Below are positions 50,142 to 63,480 of a stretch of 64,000 bases of DNA, piece after piece. The number at the start of each line of letters is the position of its first letter. Within the stretch, counting starts at the first letter, position 1. A program made the translations under genes and the position numbers. Source of the stretch: Centroscyllium fabricii. Taxonomy: Eukaryota. The notes beneath the pieces were generated by a model. It saw nothing but the letters and a program-made list of their open reading frames with translations, searched no databases and was not told where the DNA came from. The stretch lies in contig JBNRSN020000003.1 of assembly GCA_051313645.2 (NCBI GenBank), positions 212,288,001 to 212,352,000 of the forward strand, given 5' to 3'.

Positions 50142-52875
50142 TAATTGGGAGCTGATGGGACTTGCCCAACCCAGGCAAACAGATTTGTGAAACAAGCAGT
50201 GAGCTCCTTTTGGGAGATGAGCACTGGCATGAATGTGCTGCTGGACAATTTTCAACTGTTCCAATAAATGAACAGCATGGCCTTGTCTGTAATGTCTGAT
50301 TTGGAGGTGATGCCACAATGTTCCAAGTCGCAGAGTCACTACTTTTCTTCTCTGAGCGCAGCTGCTGTAGAGATTTGTACTGATGGGGACAAAGTCCACA
50401 CCTCCTCTATTGCTGCACTTAATTTTCCCTGATATGTTCGCATACGGGCCAAAGATTTATCACAGCATCTGTATATACATATGATGTATAAAGTAGGGTA
50501 TCACACTTCACAGGTACTTCATCAACCTCGTTTGTCAATCAGACAGAATACTGTTTGAAAGCAAGGCTTACATGAAAGCAAAAGGATTAAATCTGATCAA
50601 AAATACAAATTCAGAAAATAAATGATGTGAAAATGAATATTGTTCTTGGCTATTTTAAACCTTATGCAAATATAATTTTGCAGACCAGCCTTCATCTGAA
50701 AGGAACTGTTCATCAATATGCAGGAGCACAATCTATCAAGTGTTCTTCCACACACTCGCATCAATATGAGACATTATGTGAATATTGTATATATTTGAAA
50801 AATCAGATGACCAGATATCAAACAAATAGAATTTAACAAGATTACTTACATACTTAATGAATGAATCCCAATTTTAATAGGATGGATGAAGAGGTAAGTG
50901 ATCTGCATATCATTCTGGCTCATTGCAATCATGCATTTGAAGGTGCATGTGTTCATAGCTACAAGCATAGAAAAGGTCATACCTGTGAGCATTGACAGAT
51001 GGACATCTGGAGATGTGAGTTGCACCCTCAGAAATGTCATACTTGTGGAAAAACTACATTAACTGTAACATATACAGAGAATATAAAACCTAACTCTTGC
51101 TAATCCAAATATATAACAAAAGAAGTACTTTTCTGAGAAAATTTGGCCTGGCTTCCTTAGTCTTGTAAATTTGTCAGAATCCACCTTCAGTGGGAGGTTG
51201 TGAGGCTCAGTAGTTCTATTGTGAAGAATATTGAATAATTGGTTAGGAGAATCAAATTTCAACCCTATTAATTAAATTTGGATCCTCCAGTTTCCTTTAG
51301 AGAGCAAGACTTAGCCAGGTTGGTGGGGCAGGGAGGGAGAGACCATTGGGATGTGAGAAGTTGAGCAATGTGCTTCGGGCTAAGGTGGGATTGAAGTTGA
51401 TTTCTTGCACTGCTTAAGGTCAAGCAAGAAGCTGCATTGGTGATGTTCATCAAGATGTTTCTTGCTCTCTTTAATCAAAGGTTGAATATGGAGACTGACA
51501 TAGGGAGAGAAATGGAGAGGCTGGACATGGCAGCAGAGTTTAGAACTTTAACTTTAACTTTGGTATCAAATTAAACCTTCTATTGTATAACCTTTAGAAA
51601 GTGGCACGATACCATTATTGTAGTTTTGCAAACATTGATTTCTAATTCTGGTGTGTTGATTAAGAAAAGTTTTCAATTAAAAACTTTTGAATGTAAGTCA
51701 AATTCAAGTTGGTGGGAGATTTTGTAAACTCATTAGGAGGTCCTGAGATGTGTTTCAGTGTCACTACCCTCCCACCCAGAACTGAAGACTTGACAGGAAT
51801 GATAAAAGCCTCTTTATTGTTACAAAGCAAATCAACTGTGTCAGGGATGCTCGGTCTGACCTACAAAATCTAGTCGGCAACCACAAATCTGCCCTAGATT
51901 CACCGGCTAATGTGGATGATCTCATTAAAAAGAACTGCTCCAAACATTTTGTTCATGGGTCTTAAAATAATGAAATTCTTGTTCTTCAAAGCTGCAAGTT
52001 TGCTGCACATTATAGAGTGCATCCCATTTGGACAGAGGAAACCCTTTAATTGAAGGAAACCGGTATGCTGCCATGTTAAGCATTGCAGCATTGGACAGTT
52101 TCTGCTTAAATTCAGCAGGAGAGCTCATCATTGACAGCTAAGAACAGACTTGTCTGGAAGAGCTGTTCACTGCAGAAACATGATGCACATGGATGCATAA
52201 ATATTTCAGTTGAAGGGGAAAGTCTCTCTTTGTAATCCTAAATAGTTTCATATTGAATAACAGGTGGGATTTGTTTCCACATACCATCTAATGCATCTGT
52301 CTTTGCTTTCCTGTAAAGTTTGTTGTGACATATTTCAGACAAAAATAATCAAAGGAAATGATGGTGGTATTCTGGAGATTAGTACACATTAGTATTTTTC
52401 TCACTTTCCCCTTCCCACCAACCCCTATCTCCTTCATCTGGAAGAGTGGGATATCTGGGTTGGAGACTTTTCCATAGCCACACAGTTGTACGTGCTTGAT
52501 AGGAAGTGAAAGTCTGCATGGTGGGACAAGTTTTTGCCACTTACTTTCTCACCTTCATCCTTCCCCCTGCAGCCGTGTAGGGTGGTGCAGCCTGCTGCTG
52601 TATAACTTGCTCACTGAGGGCAAAATCACAGCCAAAAATAGGATAGGAACTAGGAACTACTAAATTACAACTAGAGATACCAGACTGCCAGAGCTAGGCT
52701 TTTTGGGCATTATATAAAGACTTCAATTTTTTTTTAATAATGTGTATAAGATAAAAGTATAGTGCTGTAGGGGTGAATTTGTACAGTTATTTCTTCTAGC
52801 TCATTGCTCGTTGAAGAAATGTAACTGTTTGCTGATGACCAAATGTTTAAATCAGCTGGAGTATACATAACTCAA

Positions 52876-53300
52876 GTGTCAGCTTGGTTCAGAGGCAGCA
52901 TTCTCAATGCAGCCTCAGAAGGTTTTTGGGTTCAAGCCCCACTCCAGGACTTGATGTAGGCTGATACTTTGGTGCAATAATGAGGGAGTGTTGCAATATT
53001 GGTGGGGCCATCTTTCAAATGAGATGTTAAACCCAGATCCCCTCTACCTTTTTAGGTGAATGCAAAAGATACCATGGTACTATTTGAAGAACATAGAGCT
53101 CTGGTAGCCTGGCCAACATTCCTCACTCAAACAACACAACCGGAAGCATATTATCTGGTCATCTAATTTTCTGTTTCTTGGAACCTTGCGGTGTGCAAAA
53201 TGGGCGCCACGTTGCCTACCTAACAACAGTGATTGCACTTCAAAAATAGTCCATTGTAAAGTGTTTTTGGTCATCTTGAGTATGCGATAAGGTTCTCTTT
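52876..53300 (+). mobile_element. Deu-domain SINE, diverged copy
   Basis: Collinear with 42078-42560. Confidence 0.8.
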
Positions 53301-53970
53301 ACGTGCGTGCTCATGCTTTCTTTATCATAGTCCTCGCTATTAACCCCCACGTCGGGCGGGAGGGGAGCGTTACGTTGGGCAGGACCTCTGCATTCCCGGA
53401 GTTGCCGGGTTTTTGGGCCATTTTCGGCCCTCCCCGTCTCCTTGTAAATATTGGGGTCATTGACTTTAAATTGCTGGAATGTAAATGAAAATGACAAGAA
53501 GATAGTTGGTTAAAACATAGTATTCTTTTAAATGGGCCTTGTGGAAACTGTACATTTAGACAGTTTTGCAAATAGGTTTGCTTAACCAAGGGTGGCTCAT
53601 CTCTCAGTTGATTGTTGCTCTGCTGCACTTTCTGCTCAACAACACATGTGCATTGTGGGTTAGTGAGGAACAAAGCTAACAGGATTCTTAGTGGCTTGAC
53701 TGAGGGTATTTGATGATTTGCTACGTTGCACAATCTACATTTGCACACAAACCACAACCCCTCCCGACCTAACTCCATTGATAAGTAGTCATTATTTTGC
53801 AATAATTGTGGCAAACCAGTTTTTCTGGAGGTCCACAAACGCAAACATTCCATAAATAAGATTACCTGCTACAGTAGCCCAAAAAACCCAATTTAATCAA
53901 CTCATAACGTTGGTGGGTAGATGAAGAAGAGGAGTACCTTAAGCATTGATCGTTTTCATAAAATAAAAGT

Positions 53971-54404
53971 AAGACTTGTATTGTGCCTCAGAACATCCCA
54001 AAGCATCTTACAACCAATGAAGTACTTTTTGAAGTGTAGTCACTGTTGTAATGTAGGAAACGCAGCAGCCAATTTGCACACAGCAAGCTCCCACAAACAG
54101 CAATGTGACAATGACCAGATAATCTGTTTTTAGTGATGTTGGTTGAGGGATAAATATTGGCCAAGACACTGGGAAACCTCCCTTGCTCTTTATTTGAATA
54201 GTGCCATGCGACTTTTACGTCCACCTGAGAGGGCAGATGGGGCCTCGGTTTAACGTCTTATCAGAAAGATGGGATCTCCAACAGTGCTGCACTCCCTCAG
54301 TACTGCACTGAATTGCCAGCCTAGATTATGTGCTCAAATGGGACTTGAACCCACAACCTTCTGACTTTGAGGCGTGATTGGTACCACTGAGCCATGGCTG
54401 AAAC
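53971..54404 (-). mobile_element. Deu-domain SINE, near full length
   Basis: Reverse-complement match to 42078-42560, including the tRNA head. Confidence 0.88.
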
Positions 54405-56005
54405 ATCAAACAAGGTTTACATTATATGCAAAAGAACAGTGATCTGGATCACTGTTTTATGGAAGCCCATCATGGATGCATAAAGTTCAAATCCCAAATT
54501 TGAAAATGTATTAGATTTGGCTTCCAAAGTGGAAAGCTTTAAACATGCTCATATGCCGCACCCCCACCCCAAATTAACTCCAGATAAACAGTCACGATTG
54601 TGCAATGTTTATGGTAAACCACAGATTTTGTAGAATGTAACAAATGCTGCCAAAAAAATCCAAAATCCCCAAAAGAATCTTGAGGTAACAAAGAGTGCCA
54701 TTTTAGGAGCAGTAAGAGAGGGAAAGTAGCTGGCAATGTACATTGGCAGCACATAGCCCTCTCTCTCTTTGTTCATTTGATTTCCTCTTTATTCCATGGA
54801 TGTTTCATCTTGTTTTTACTTTATTGTCAGGATGTCAGATTACTCACCAGTAGCCGGATACATTTAAGGTAGGGAAGTGTTCCATCTTAAAGTGGGAAAA
54901 GAAGCAAGAAAAAAAAACCTCCAGGGAGAGTGGGGAGTTGGACTGGCCATTATGGAGTACTGTGGTTCCTCTTTACATTTTTGGGGGCCATTTCCACTTT
55001 ACTCCACTGAATATATTCCATTATTTTCCTCTATGAGTCTGCTCTCCTGCCAAGCCCTTGGGTTGTCTATTAAAAGGAAGAATAGGTTCATCATGCTGCT
55101 GCTTTTTTGTTTCAGGGCGCTGTGTTGGTGTAGCTGTAGCTCCAAGAAGCTCCGTGATATTCAGTATTGGGGGGGGGGGGGCGGGGTGGGTGGCGGGGAG
55201 CTGTGCTTCAGCTGCTATCTGAGAATATTTTTTTTTAAAGGGCCTCTTGTGAACTCAAGCATTGTATTTTTTTTATTATTACTACCTAGGGAATTTCTCA
55301 TGTCTTTCCCTTCAGCTTAACTCCACTGAACAAACAGTCCTCAGCTCTGAAAAGTGACCTTTTATTCCCTGCTTTCTTACAGCTGTGATGGCCTCAGCCT
55401 TCAGGTTTTATATTGGGGGGGGGGGGGGGGGGGGCGGTGGTTGGAATCCATTACAAAGAAAAGCAAACAAGGAAAAATTTGTGAACAATTTGTGGGATGT
55501 CGCTCACGTGAAGCTGCTGGTACCACGTGACTTCCCACAATCCTCCAATAAGGAACCCGGGACAAGAGCACAGTCCAGTTTCACAGTTGTCACAAAAGGA
55601 TCTCTCAACACAGCATGACCTTTGAGAATTAATGGGATTTTAAAGTTAGCTTTGCAGTAGAGTTCTGAACATGCTTTGTGGTTTCAAAAATTCAAGGTTA
55701 GCTTCTGAAGCTGTTTAGTGTCGAACACTGTATACTGTTCTTGGTGTGCATTGATGGCATAGAAGGAATGCGTTTGATCTGTACATCTAAAAACAGATGG
55801 TTTAATAGATTTGCACGTTCCAAGACACTCTACAGAAAGTGTTAACTAGTGCAAATTCATCTTTAACCTTTTAAATCCCTAAGGCCCCATTTGTTTACTT
55901 TTTTGCACCATATTATATTTGGCACATTGTCCCGGATACATGACTGTACCTGTAACCCCAACTTTGGATGTGCTTGCGGTGTCTTATTATTCACCAGGCC
56001 ATTTA

Positions 56006-56251
56006 CATAGAAACATAGAAACTAGGAGCAGGAGTAGGCCATTCGGCCCTTCGAGCCTGCTCCACCATTCAATGAGATCATGGCTGATCATCCAAACCCA
56101 GTCTCCTGTCCCTGCCCTCTCCCCATATCCCCATATCCCTATCGAGCCTGCACTGACACATATCCCACTCTATCCCCGTAACCCCACATATTCAATCCCC
56201 CTAACACTAAGGGTCAATTTATCATGGCCAATCAACCTTACCCTGCACATA
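56006..56251 (-). mobile_element. HE1-type SINE, 5'-truncated
   Basis: Reverse complement of ~23368-23619. Confidence 0.9.
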
Positions 56252-56282
56252 GTTCTTTTTGCAGTTAGCCATTAAAGTCCTT

Positions 56283-56939
56283 GGGGGAATTTTCATCTCC
56301 CCGTGGGTCGGGATTTTCGGCGGGTCGGCCGGCAAAATAGCGGAACCGGCGGGTCGCGATCCCCGCCGCTTTGAGATTTCTCCCCGCCCCAAAACCTTCC
56401 CGCCGGCGGGGATGGTTTGTCAGCTCATTCAGGGCCCTTAATTGGCATGTGTAATGCCATTTTAAGGGCCCTTAGGAATTTTCACCCCCTTCCCACCCTA
56501 ACCCCGCCATCCTAAAACCCCGCTGGTGAAAACCCAGCGGGAGCACAGTGGTCTTTATAACTTTCTCCTTCAAGATGTTGAAGAACCTGGAGCAAAATGC
56601 TTCCCAGGTCTTCAACACCTTGGAGGAGTAAGTCACTCCATTGGGTCAAGACCAGCTATGAGCAAAAACTTCTAAATCTTACCTTTCCAGATTTGCTGAC
56701 AGCCGGTGGAGAGCTGTCAAAAATTCGGATCCTGCCTGCCCACCTGTCAGTCACCAGCATTTGGCCTTTCCCATTGGCTCCACTCGATTGAGTCAATTAC
56801 CACCGGCTCCCCGCACGCGGGGATTTGATTAATCAATTAAATGAAAGTTGCGTGGGGTTCCCAGGTCTTTGGGCGGGTGGGACAGGAACTCGCCCTGACC
56901 AATCCCCGCCAGGTTCCCGCACTTCCAGGGAAATCCCCC
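56283..56939. mobile_element. GC-rich MITE-like element, same family as 49378-50141 in the opposite orientation
   Basis: ggggaattttc and gaaatccccc ends, with internal homology to 49378-50141. Confidence 0.7.
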
Positions 56940-59900
56940 GTATTGATGGCTATTCCTTCTTCACACTACCCCTCTTCAGAATAAATCTCTCTCCCTGGGA
57001 TCTTCTCTTCTAATTGTCTCCACTAGGCAGGTTCTGTTGCCAATCCCCTCCACCTGCCCTGCCCCCTTGCTGGGGTAATTTTCCACGATAGCTGGTTGCC
57101 TTCTGCTATCCTTCCCAAGTGGGGATTAATTCATGAATGAGCCTTGATAGTGACTTCCACAGGCTATTCATCATGGGAAGCATCACAACTGTTTTGCATT
57201 TTCAGCAAGAGTCATTGGGTAGTGATTAGAAGCAGGAGGCCCTGCCCACTTCCCCAGCCCAGGGGTACTGAGGTCAACTGTAGTGGATTGCCTGCTAACT
57301 CAACACAGACCAGGAATGTCATTAAGGCCCTACCAGGTCATATTCCAGAGTTGTTTTCTCCCGAAATTGTTTTCATAACTCAATGTAGGATTAGTGTTTT
57401 CTTTCTTGAGTTACTGAAGTGCACTATGCAGAAACAAAAGAAATAAAATCAACGTCATTAATTGATTGAATGTCAAGCAAAATGGAGGATAGGAAAGGGA
57501 CTCTTATGTGATTTTGGATCACAATTTATTTTAAAAGTCTGTACAAATTTCTCACCTGGGCTATTTGGACGGCTCCTGCCATGTGTAGATAGGAGTCAGT
57601 TACTTTCAAAAACATCTCTTGAACTTGAAAATTCTTGAGAAAACACAATGTATGCAACTAGCCAAAGAAGGATTCTTTCTGATATTACCCAAGTGTACAT
57701 TGTCAGGTTGGCCAAGTTACAGTATCCCTAGAGATGCTGATGTGTCCTTTCTTGTCAATTTAGGGGGGGAGGAGAACATAAAGATCTACAGCCTTAAAAA
57801 GATATCCAATTATTGGACCACTTTTAATTTACCTTAAGGAAGCATGCATTTCTGGGACCTGGTCTCAAATCCAGTGCAGACATCTGGGAAAGCGGTTTCT
57901 TCACTCAAACCCCAGGTTTGGGGATCCCAATGCCATTCACAGTTTATACCATGCCAGAAAGCTGTTCTCACGATTACACAGTTGCATGAAATAAAAAATG
58001 GGATTGGTTATCAAAAGTAAAGTGTGGTGGGGTCAAGGACCTTTTTTTTAGCTCCAAAAGGATTTACAAAGAAAATGTTTTGCACCTGACTCTTTATCGA
58101 TTAGATTAGTCCACAGCTATTACTACGGGTAGACTTAAACTAGAAAATATTTTTCTGAAGGAAAATCCATTCTAATCCCCTTACTGAGTTGAAAACCATT
58201 CTGTTAACATTTGACAACAGACAGAGGCAAACCTTTGTGGCAGGTGGCTGCACAGAAGTCCTTGTGTAGTTCAGCTGAATTATATCTCTGCAAATATAGA
58301 TAAGATTGTTTGATAAATATGAAGATGGTTGAAGCCTGTTTTGAAGTTATTGTGAAGAGATTCTTGATATGTTACAATAGAGTACATTGTCCTTGATATA
58401 AAACAGTATCAGTCTTGAGACTAATGCCCACCCACACCAGAAGCGTATTTCCGAACATAGAAGCATCTAAACCATCGATATCGAATACTGCACATATTAA
58501 AAGTAGTGAGGCAAACAACACTGTGAACAAGTATAAACCTCGGCATAGTGTGGGGACTCTACTGAATTACTTCAAATAAGAATGGAGATTGAACTTCACA
58601 TTTTATTCAAAAAATATTGCCAATGAAGAACATTTTATTTTGCAGTTGCCTTCTCCCTTATACTTTATTGTAAAATGTTTCTTTTCCATTTCTTAAATGT
58701 TCTTTTTGCAGACATTACATAAAGTACAACTGAGTCCAGGATTCAACTAATTACCCCGAGATGTTGCAGAATAACACACAATGTATTTTTTGGAAAGAAA
58801 ACCATACTGGAGCCCAATAGCCAGTGTTCTTTTACCTCCCATCTGCAGCGTTCCATGTGCAGAGGAGTGTTATTTTTATTCTGCTGCCTTTTAGCTATTG
58901 CCAAGAATTTTCCAGGTCACAAAAAAACTGAATTTGATGCAGGCTGCTGGATTTCCCATGATCTTGATATCACCTCACCTCCTCCTACTTGTAACATCTG
59001 ACAGAATATAGTTAATGGGGATGTCCCAGTGAGCAACCTCTCCCCTTTTCCTTAGCCCTTCCAAAGTAAACCTTTAACCTTCTGGTTGGTGTTTGTCTAA
59101 GTCCAACTCTGAATGTGAGAACCCTGAGGTAGGTGTCATTGATATTAGAGTTCAGCTTGGATAGTGTTTGAACTTCAGCCTGTTTACTTTTGTCTTACAC
59201 TAAAGTGGTCTAAAATATCTAAAACAAATTGTCCCCTGAAAGTTTTTAAGCGTGCACCCTGCTACATTTCCATCTCAGTGATGACTCATAGATTATATGC
59301 AGTGGGTCCTACCCAAATTCCCAATATAGACTGCAGATGTTGCCTGTACTTCTATAATTGTCTATTTTATGATTCCGTAACATAAAGGATAAAGAATTAG
59401 ATGCACAATTCCACAGGAAATGTTCTCCCCCTTGAATTACACGTCTCTCTTAAATCTTTACCTATGTAGGCTGTAGAGGGAAATCTTTTTTTGAAATGGC
59501 ACTTCATGTTAAATTACATACTTTAGCTTCAGTTGATTATTGAATAATTTTCTTTTGTTAATCAAGGAGCTATGACAATTTGGAAAAAAAAACTTTTTCT
59601 GAAAGTACTTCTTTTGGATTTAAGGGATACAATCCATTTACTTTAGTGGCTGGAGAGAGCCTTCGGTACTTAGTTTAAAAAATCAAAGATGGTTATTAGA
59701 GTATTCTGAATATTTTATTTGAACAGTGACTGCTGCTGAGAGCTGGATTTGGGGAGTTTCTGAGCCCACTGGTGCGGGAGAGCTACATTAACACACACAG
59801 TTGAAATGACACAATTATTGAAGGTTAACGACTTTACCCACTCGCGTTAATTCAGCTTCTTCACACTGCAAGCTTTGTAACTCCTCCCAGCCAATTCCAG

Positions 59901-60134
59901 TCTGATACTACATTTTCAGTGTTTACTGTTTAAACAAAACTATTTAGAAAGTAAACAGGATAAAAGAATGTTAATGGTTTAATCCTAATCATGTTAGCAG
60001 ATTCTTTTTGAGGTAGGGGAGATCATTTGTTTGAGATATCTCTGAGGCCCAGATTATTCCCTCGACAGAGCGCAGGTGGGTGATCTGCTGCCTGCCCTCT
60101 GCTGGATCCTGACCTCAATATATTTGGTCCAATG

Positions 60135-60451
60135 CAATTCAATTCAATTCAATTCAAGTTTTATTGTCATTGCAGAGTACTAGTACAATACAACGAGACG
60201 AAGACTCGACTCTCCCGAGAGTAGTGTAGACAAAAGAAATAAATTACATAAATAAATTGCATACAGTAAAGTTCATTATCAGGCGTGCAGGTACCGGAGT
60301 TTCTTTTTAGAGTTCAGGAGGCTGACAGCCCTGGGGAAGAAGCTGTTCTGAAATCTAGTCGTGCGGGTGCAAATTGCTCTGTAGCGTCTCCCGGAGGGCA
60401 GAGGGGCGAACAGACTGTGGCTGGGGTGTGTGGGGTCTTTTATAATGTTCA
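60135..60451 (-). mobile_element. Rex1/Babar LINE 3' fragment
   Basis: LNIIKDPTHPSHSLFAPLPSGRRYRAI... and a (ttgaa)n tail. Close relative of 45573-45872. Confidence 0.88.
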
Positions 60452-60550
60452 AAGTACACAAAGAAGGTCTGGAATAGCTGACCCTCTGATTATCAGGAAG
60501 CAGAGGATACCCTTCTCTCCTGCTCTGCTCACCACTGCTGAGATTGGGAA

Positions 60551-60778
60551 TGATGTGGAGGTGCCGGTGTTGGACTGGGGTGGACAAATGCAAGAAGTCA
60601 CAACACCAGGTTATAGTCCAACAGTTTTATTTTAAATCACAAGCTTTCGGAGCTTCTGCTCCTTCCTCAGGCGAAAGCAAAATCTCTTTCGCCTGAGGAA
60701 GGAGCAGCTGCTCCGAAAGCTTGTGATTTAAAATAAAACTGTTGGACTATAACCTGGTGTTGTGTGACTTCTTGCATT
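60551..60778. mobile_element. Penelope-like family A fold-back copy
   Basis: Inverted arms around ~60680. 12-bp TSD tgagattgggaa (60539-60550, 60779-60790). Confidence 0.9.
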
Positions 60779-61787
60779 TGAGATTGGGAAGTCACTTGTT
60801 GAATGCATCGGATGTTAAAGTGCTGAATGTTAAAAGGGCACATAGCGGGGGTGAGATTTGCTTGTGAAAGTAGATGGGAACTGCTTGTGAAGGCTCGACG
60901 TTAAATGATATGCACGTTAAATGAATGTTTAATTATTTTCAAGTGTAGCAACTGCATGCGACTTGGTCTGACCTGTACACAGGATATAATGATTCTTCGA
61001 GGTGGTTTCCACAGCTTCCCTATACCTTTCCTCATGCCCATACCAATTATGTAGCCCAGATAAAATCAGACCCATCAGACTTTAAATGGCTTTATTTACA
61101 GTGAAAGTGAAGAAGCAGAGGCATTTATTGTTCCTTGGTTTAATTGGTTGCAGTGCTGTAATCATAACAGACTTATCTCTCTAGACACTTCTGTTGGTAA
61201 TACTTTGAAAGCAAGTTTCCCCGCACAGTCTTTTCCACAAGTTAAATGTTATTTGATGCTCCGGTGTGTGGATTACTGTCACTGATTCCAACATGAACTT
61301 GACAAATTTTAACTGCCACATAAAAGGTTTTCCCACGGGAAATCATATCTATAGGAACTGCTGCGAAATGGAAAGAGTAACAAAAAAATGCAATTTAAGG
61401 ATTTCATGAAGGCTAAGACAATAATATGGTAGATAATTAATACACGCCTGTAGGTCCAATTTAAAACTCTCCAAGGACTAGCTTGCCAGTTTGTACTTGG
61501 CTTAGAAATATGAAGATCAAATTCCATGCAGGCCACGGAACTGTATTGAGCTAGTGGTCAGTTGCTGTGTTGTCACTAGAATTTCAGTAAATGCAAGGAT
61601 GGCCATTATAAATCTGCACTATGTCCAGTTGATCCGTGAAAAATACCTAACCGTTCGTTCGATATTGTCCTTCAAAACTTTGATTGTTAAAAGCATTTTG
61701 AGCTACACAGCACTGGGTAAAGTACTGGGCATTGCAGGTTTTTCAGTAAATTGTGGCATGTACTACAATAACCGAGTTAACAGCAGA

Positions 61788-61995
61788 TTCTGCCTGACCA
61801 ACCTCTTTGAGGAAGTGATAACCTAAGTAGACTGTGGTAAGACCTATGACATGGTGTAACTTGACTTACACAAGGTGCTTGACAAAAATTCCACATGAAA
61901 AGCTATTAATTCAACTCAAACCTGTGGTGATTCAGAGTAAGCCCTGGGAATGGATAAGAAACTGGCTGAAGTGTAGAAAACAATGAGTACTCGTT
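61788..61995 (+). mobile_element. Old CR1 RT internal fragment
   Basis: tgcctgaccaacctc-tttgaggaagt...gacatggtgtaacttgactt...gacaaaaattccacat...tggataagaaactggctg parallels 43496-43700. Confidence 0.7.
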
Positions 61996-63169
61996 CGAGG
62001 ATCAGACTCCATAAGGCTGCTTAGTTTTATTTTGGACGTTAATGAACAGACCAAGTTATTATTAGTTAATTGTGTCATCCCCATAGCCCATCTGACCCTG
62101 CTCAGCTCTTGTCCACCCTTCCATTTGCTGAATATTTGTCTATACCTGATGAAAGCTTAGTTTGGAATTTTTAACTGTGTCAGATGGAGATGGATTTTCA
62201 CTTGTTTGCGAGATGTCCACATCTAGGGATGTCCTCATGTAGATATGTCCACTGTCTTTGGCTTGTCTCATTCCAAGTTAGAAAAGCGTATGCAGATAAT
62301 TTATATTAACTTTGTGCCTGATTAATTCTGTGTTTTGCTTAACGTAAGTGACGAGTAAAAATGTGATTGTTACATGGATATTTAATCAATGGAGAGTGCT
62401 GTCAATTTGGGGAATCGTGTGCATGCCTTTTCTCTGTTGGATGAAATGGGGAGATAACTTAAAGGTTCAAATCCCTAAGTTGCCCATAATGCATAGACCA
62501 AATACCTATCAGACAATACACTAATAAATCCTTTACACCTGCACTAACAAACATGTAAAATCATGAAAATAAGAAACCGTGAACAACGGTTTGAGATCTT
62601 GTGCTTGTGTATATTGTCATGAATGTACAGATATGTATATGCGCATGGAGCCTGGGCTCCTTTAGCGAGGATCATGTCGGGAATTGGTGAGAGTGACAGG
62701 ATGGAAACCAGTAAGTGACATTGGATAATATAACTTATAAGTATTGCAGACTTGAGTCCAGTAGGCTGTAGCTTCTTTCACCACTATCCTGATGTGCTCT
62801 GTTTATTTTGTGTAAAAAAAAAAGATATTTTGCTTATTTTGTGTGTAACGGGCAAGAATTCAATGCCTAGCAAATTCATCCTGGTAATCATTGTGCAGTG
62901 CGATCTACTGTCGAGCAATTGTCGCTGCCTCATTCTGATGCTGTATAATACACACCGAGAAGTATCATTACAATTGAGATTGAAAACTCACCATGTGGAG
63001 AGCTGAACCTGCCTCCTACCACTGTCAAGTGTCAGCTGGGTGGCTATAGAATTATTTTTTTGTTAATACTTTTTGTTAATGAGCTGTAATTCCTTTCTAT
63101 TGCGGAAAGCAGTGCAGAAATGTTCCTGTTGTTCACCTCAATGTCAGAAGGGAGACATGACACTAACAG

Positions 63170-63460
63170 TGACGTATCGTCAATATCTTTAGATTAAAAG
63201 ACTCGACGAGTAGTTACCGTAACTATTGGCTTTTAATCGCTTACATAGGAGCTACCCTCCGAACGAACATCTGAACAGGAATGAGGGAGCCTCAGCCAGT
63301 CTCCACCTATAAAGGCCTCACCTGGGGGAGGAGTTAGAGGTGTGGCTGACCTGGCTCCCAACAGTGTTACAACAGTGTTACAGGGCTGTGTATCACATAT
63401 ACACAGCCAATTATTGGTTACAAGAATACTGTGGTATATCATACAATATGTGTTACCACA
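63170..63460. mobile_element. Solo LTR (291 bp)
   Basis: TG...CA termini with 5-bp TSD aacag (63165-63169, 63461-63465). TATA-like cctataaagg inside. Confidence 0.7.
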
Positions 63461-63480
63461 AACAGTGTCTCTTTTTTCAT

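Noticed and set aside
11628-55440. Poly-G tracts (11628, 33005, 55169, 55415) as G-quadruplex elements or glycine-rich ORFs
   Set aside because: Simple homopolymers of uncertain assembled length, with no supporting context.
7685-60635. Recurring peptide VEVPVLDWGGQMQEVTQHQ in several ORFs
   Set aside because: Chance translation of the antisense Penelope 3' terminus, not a gene family.
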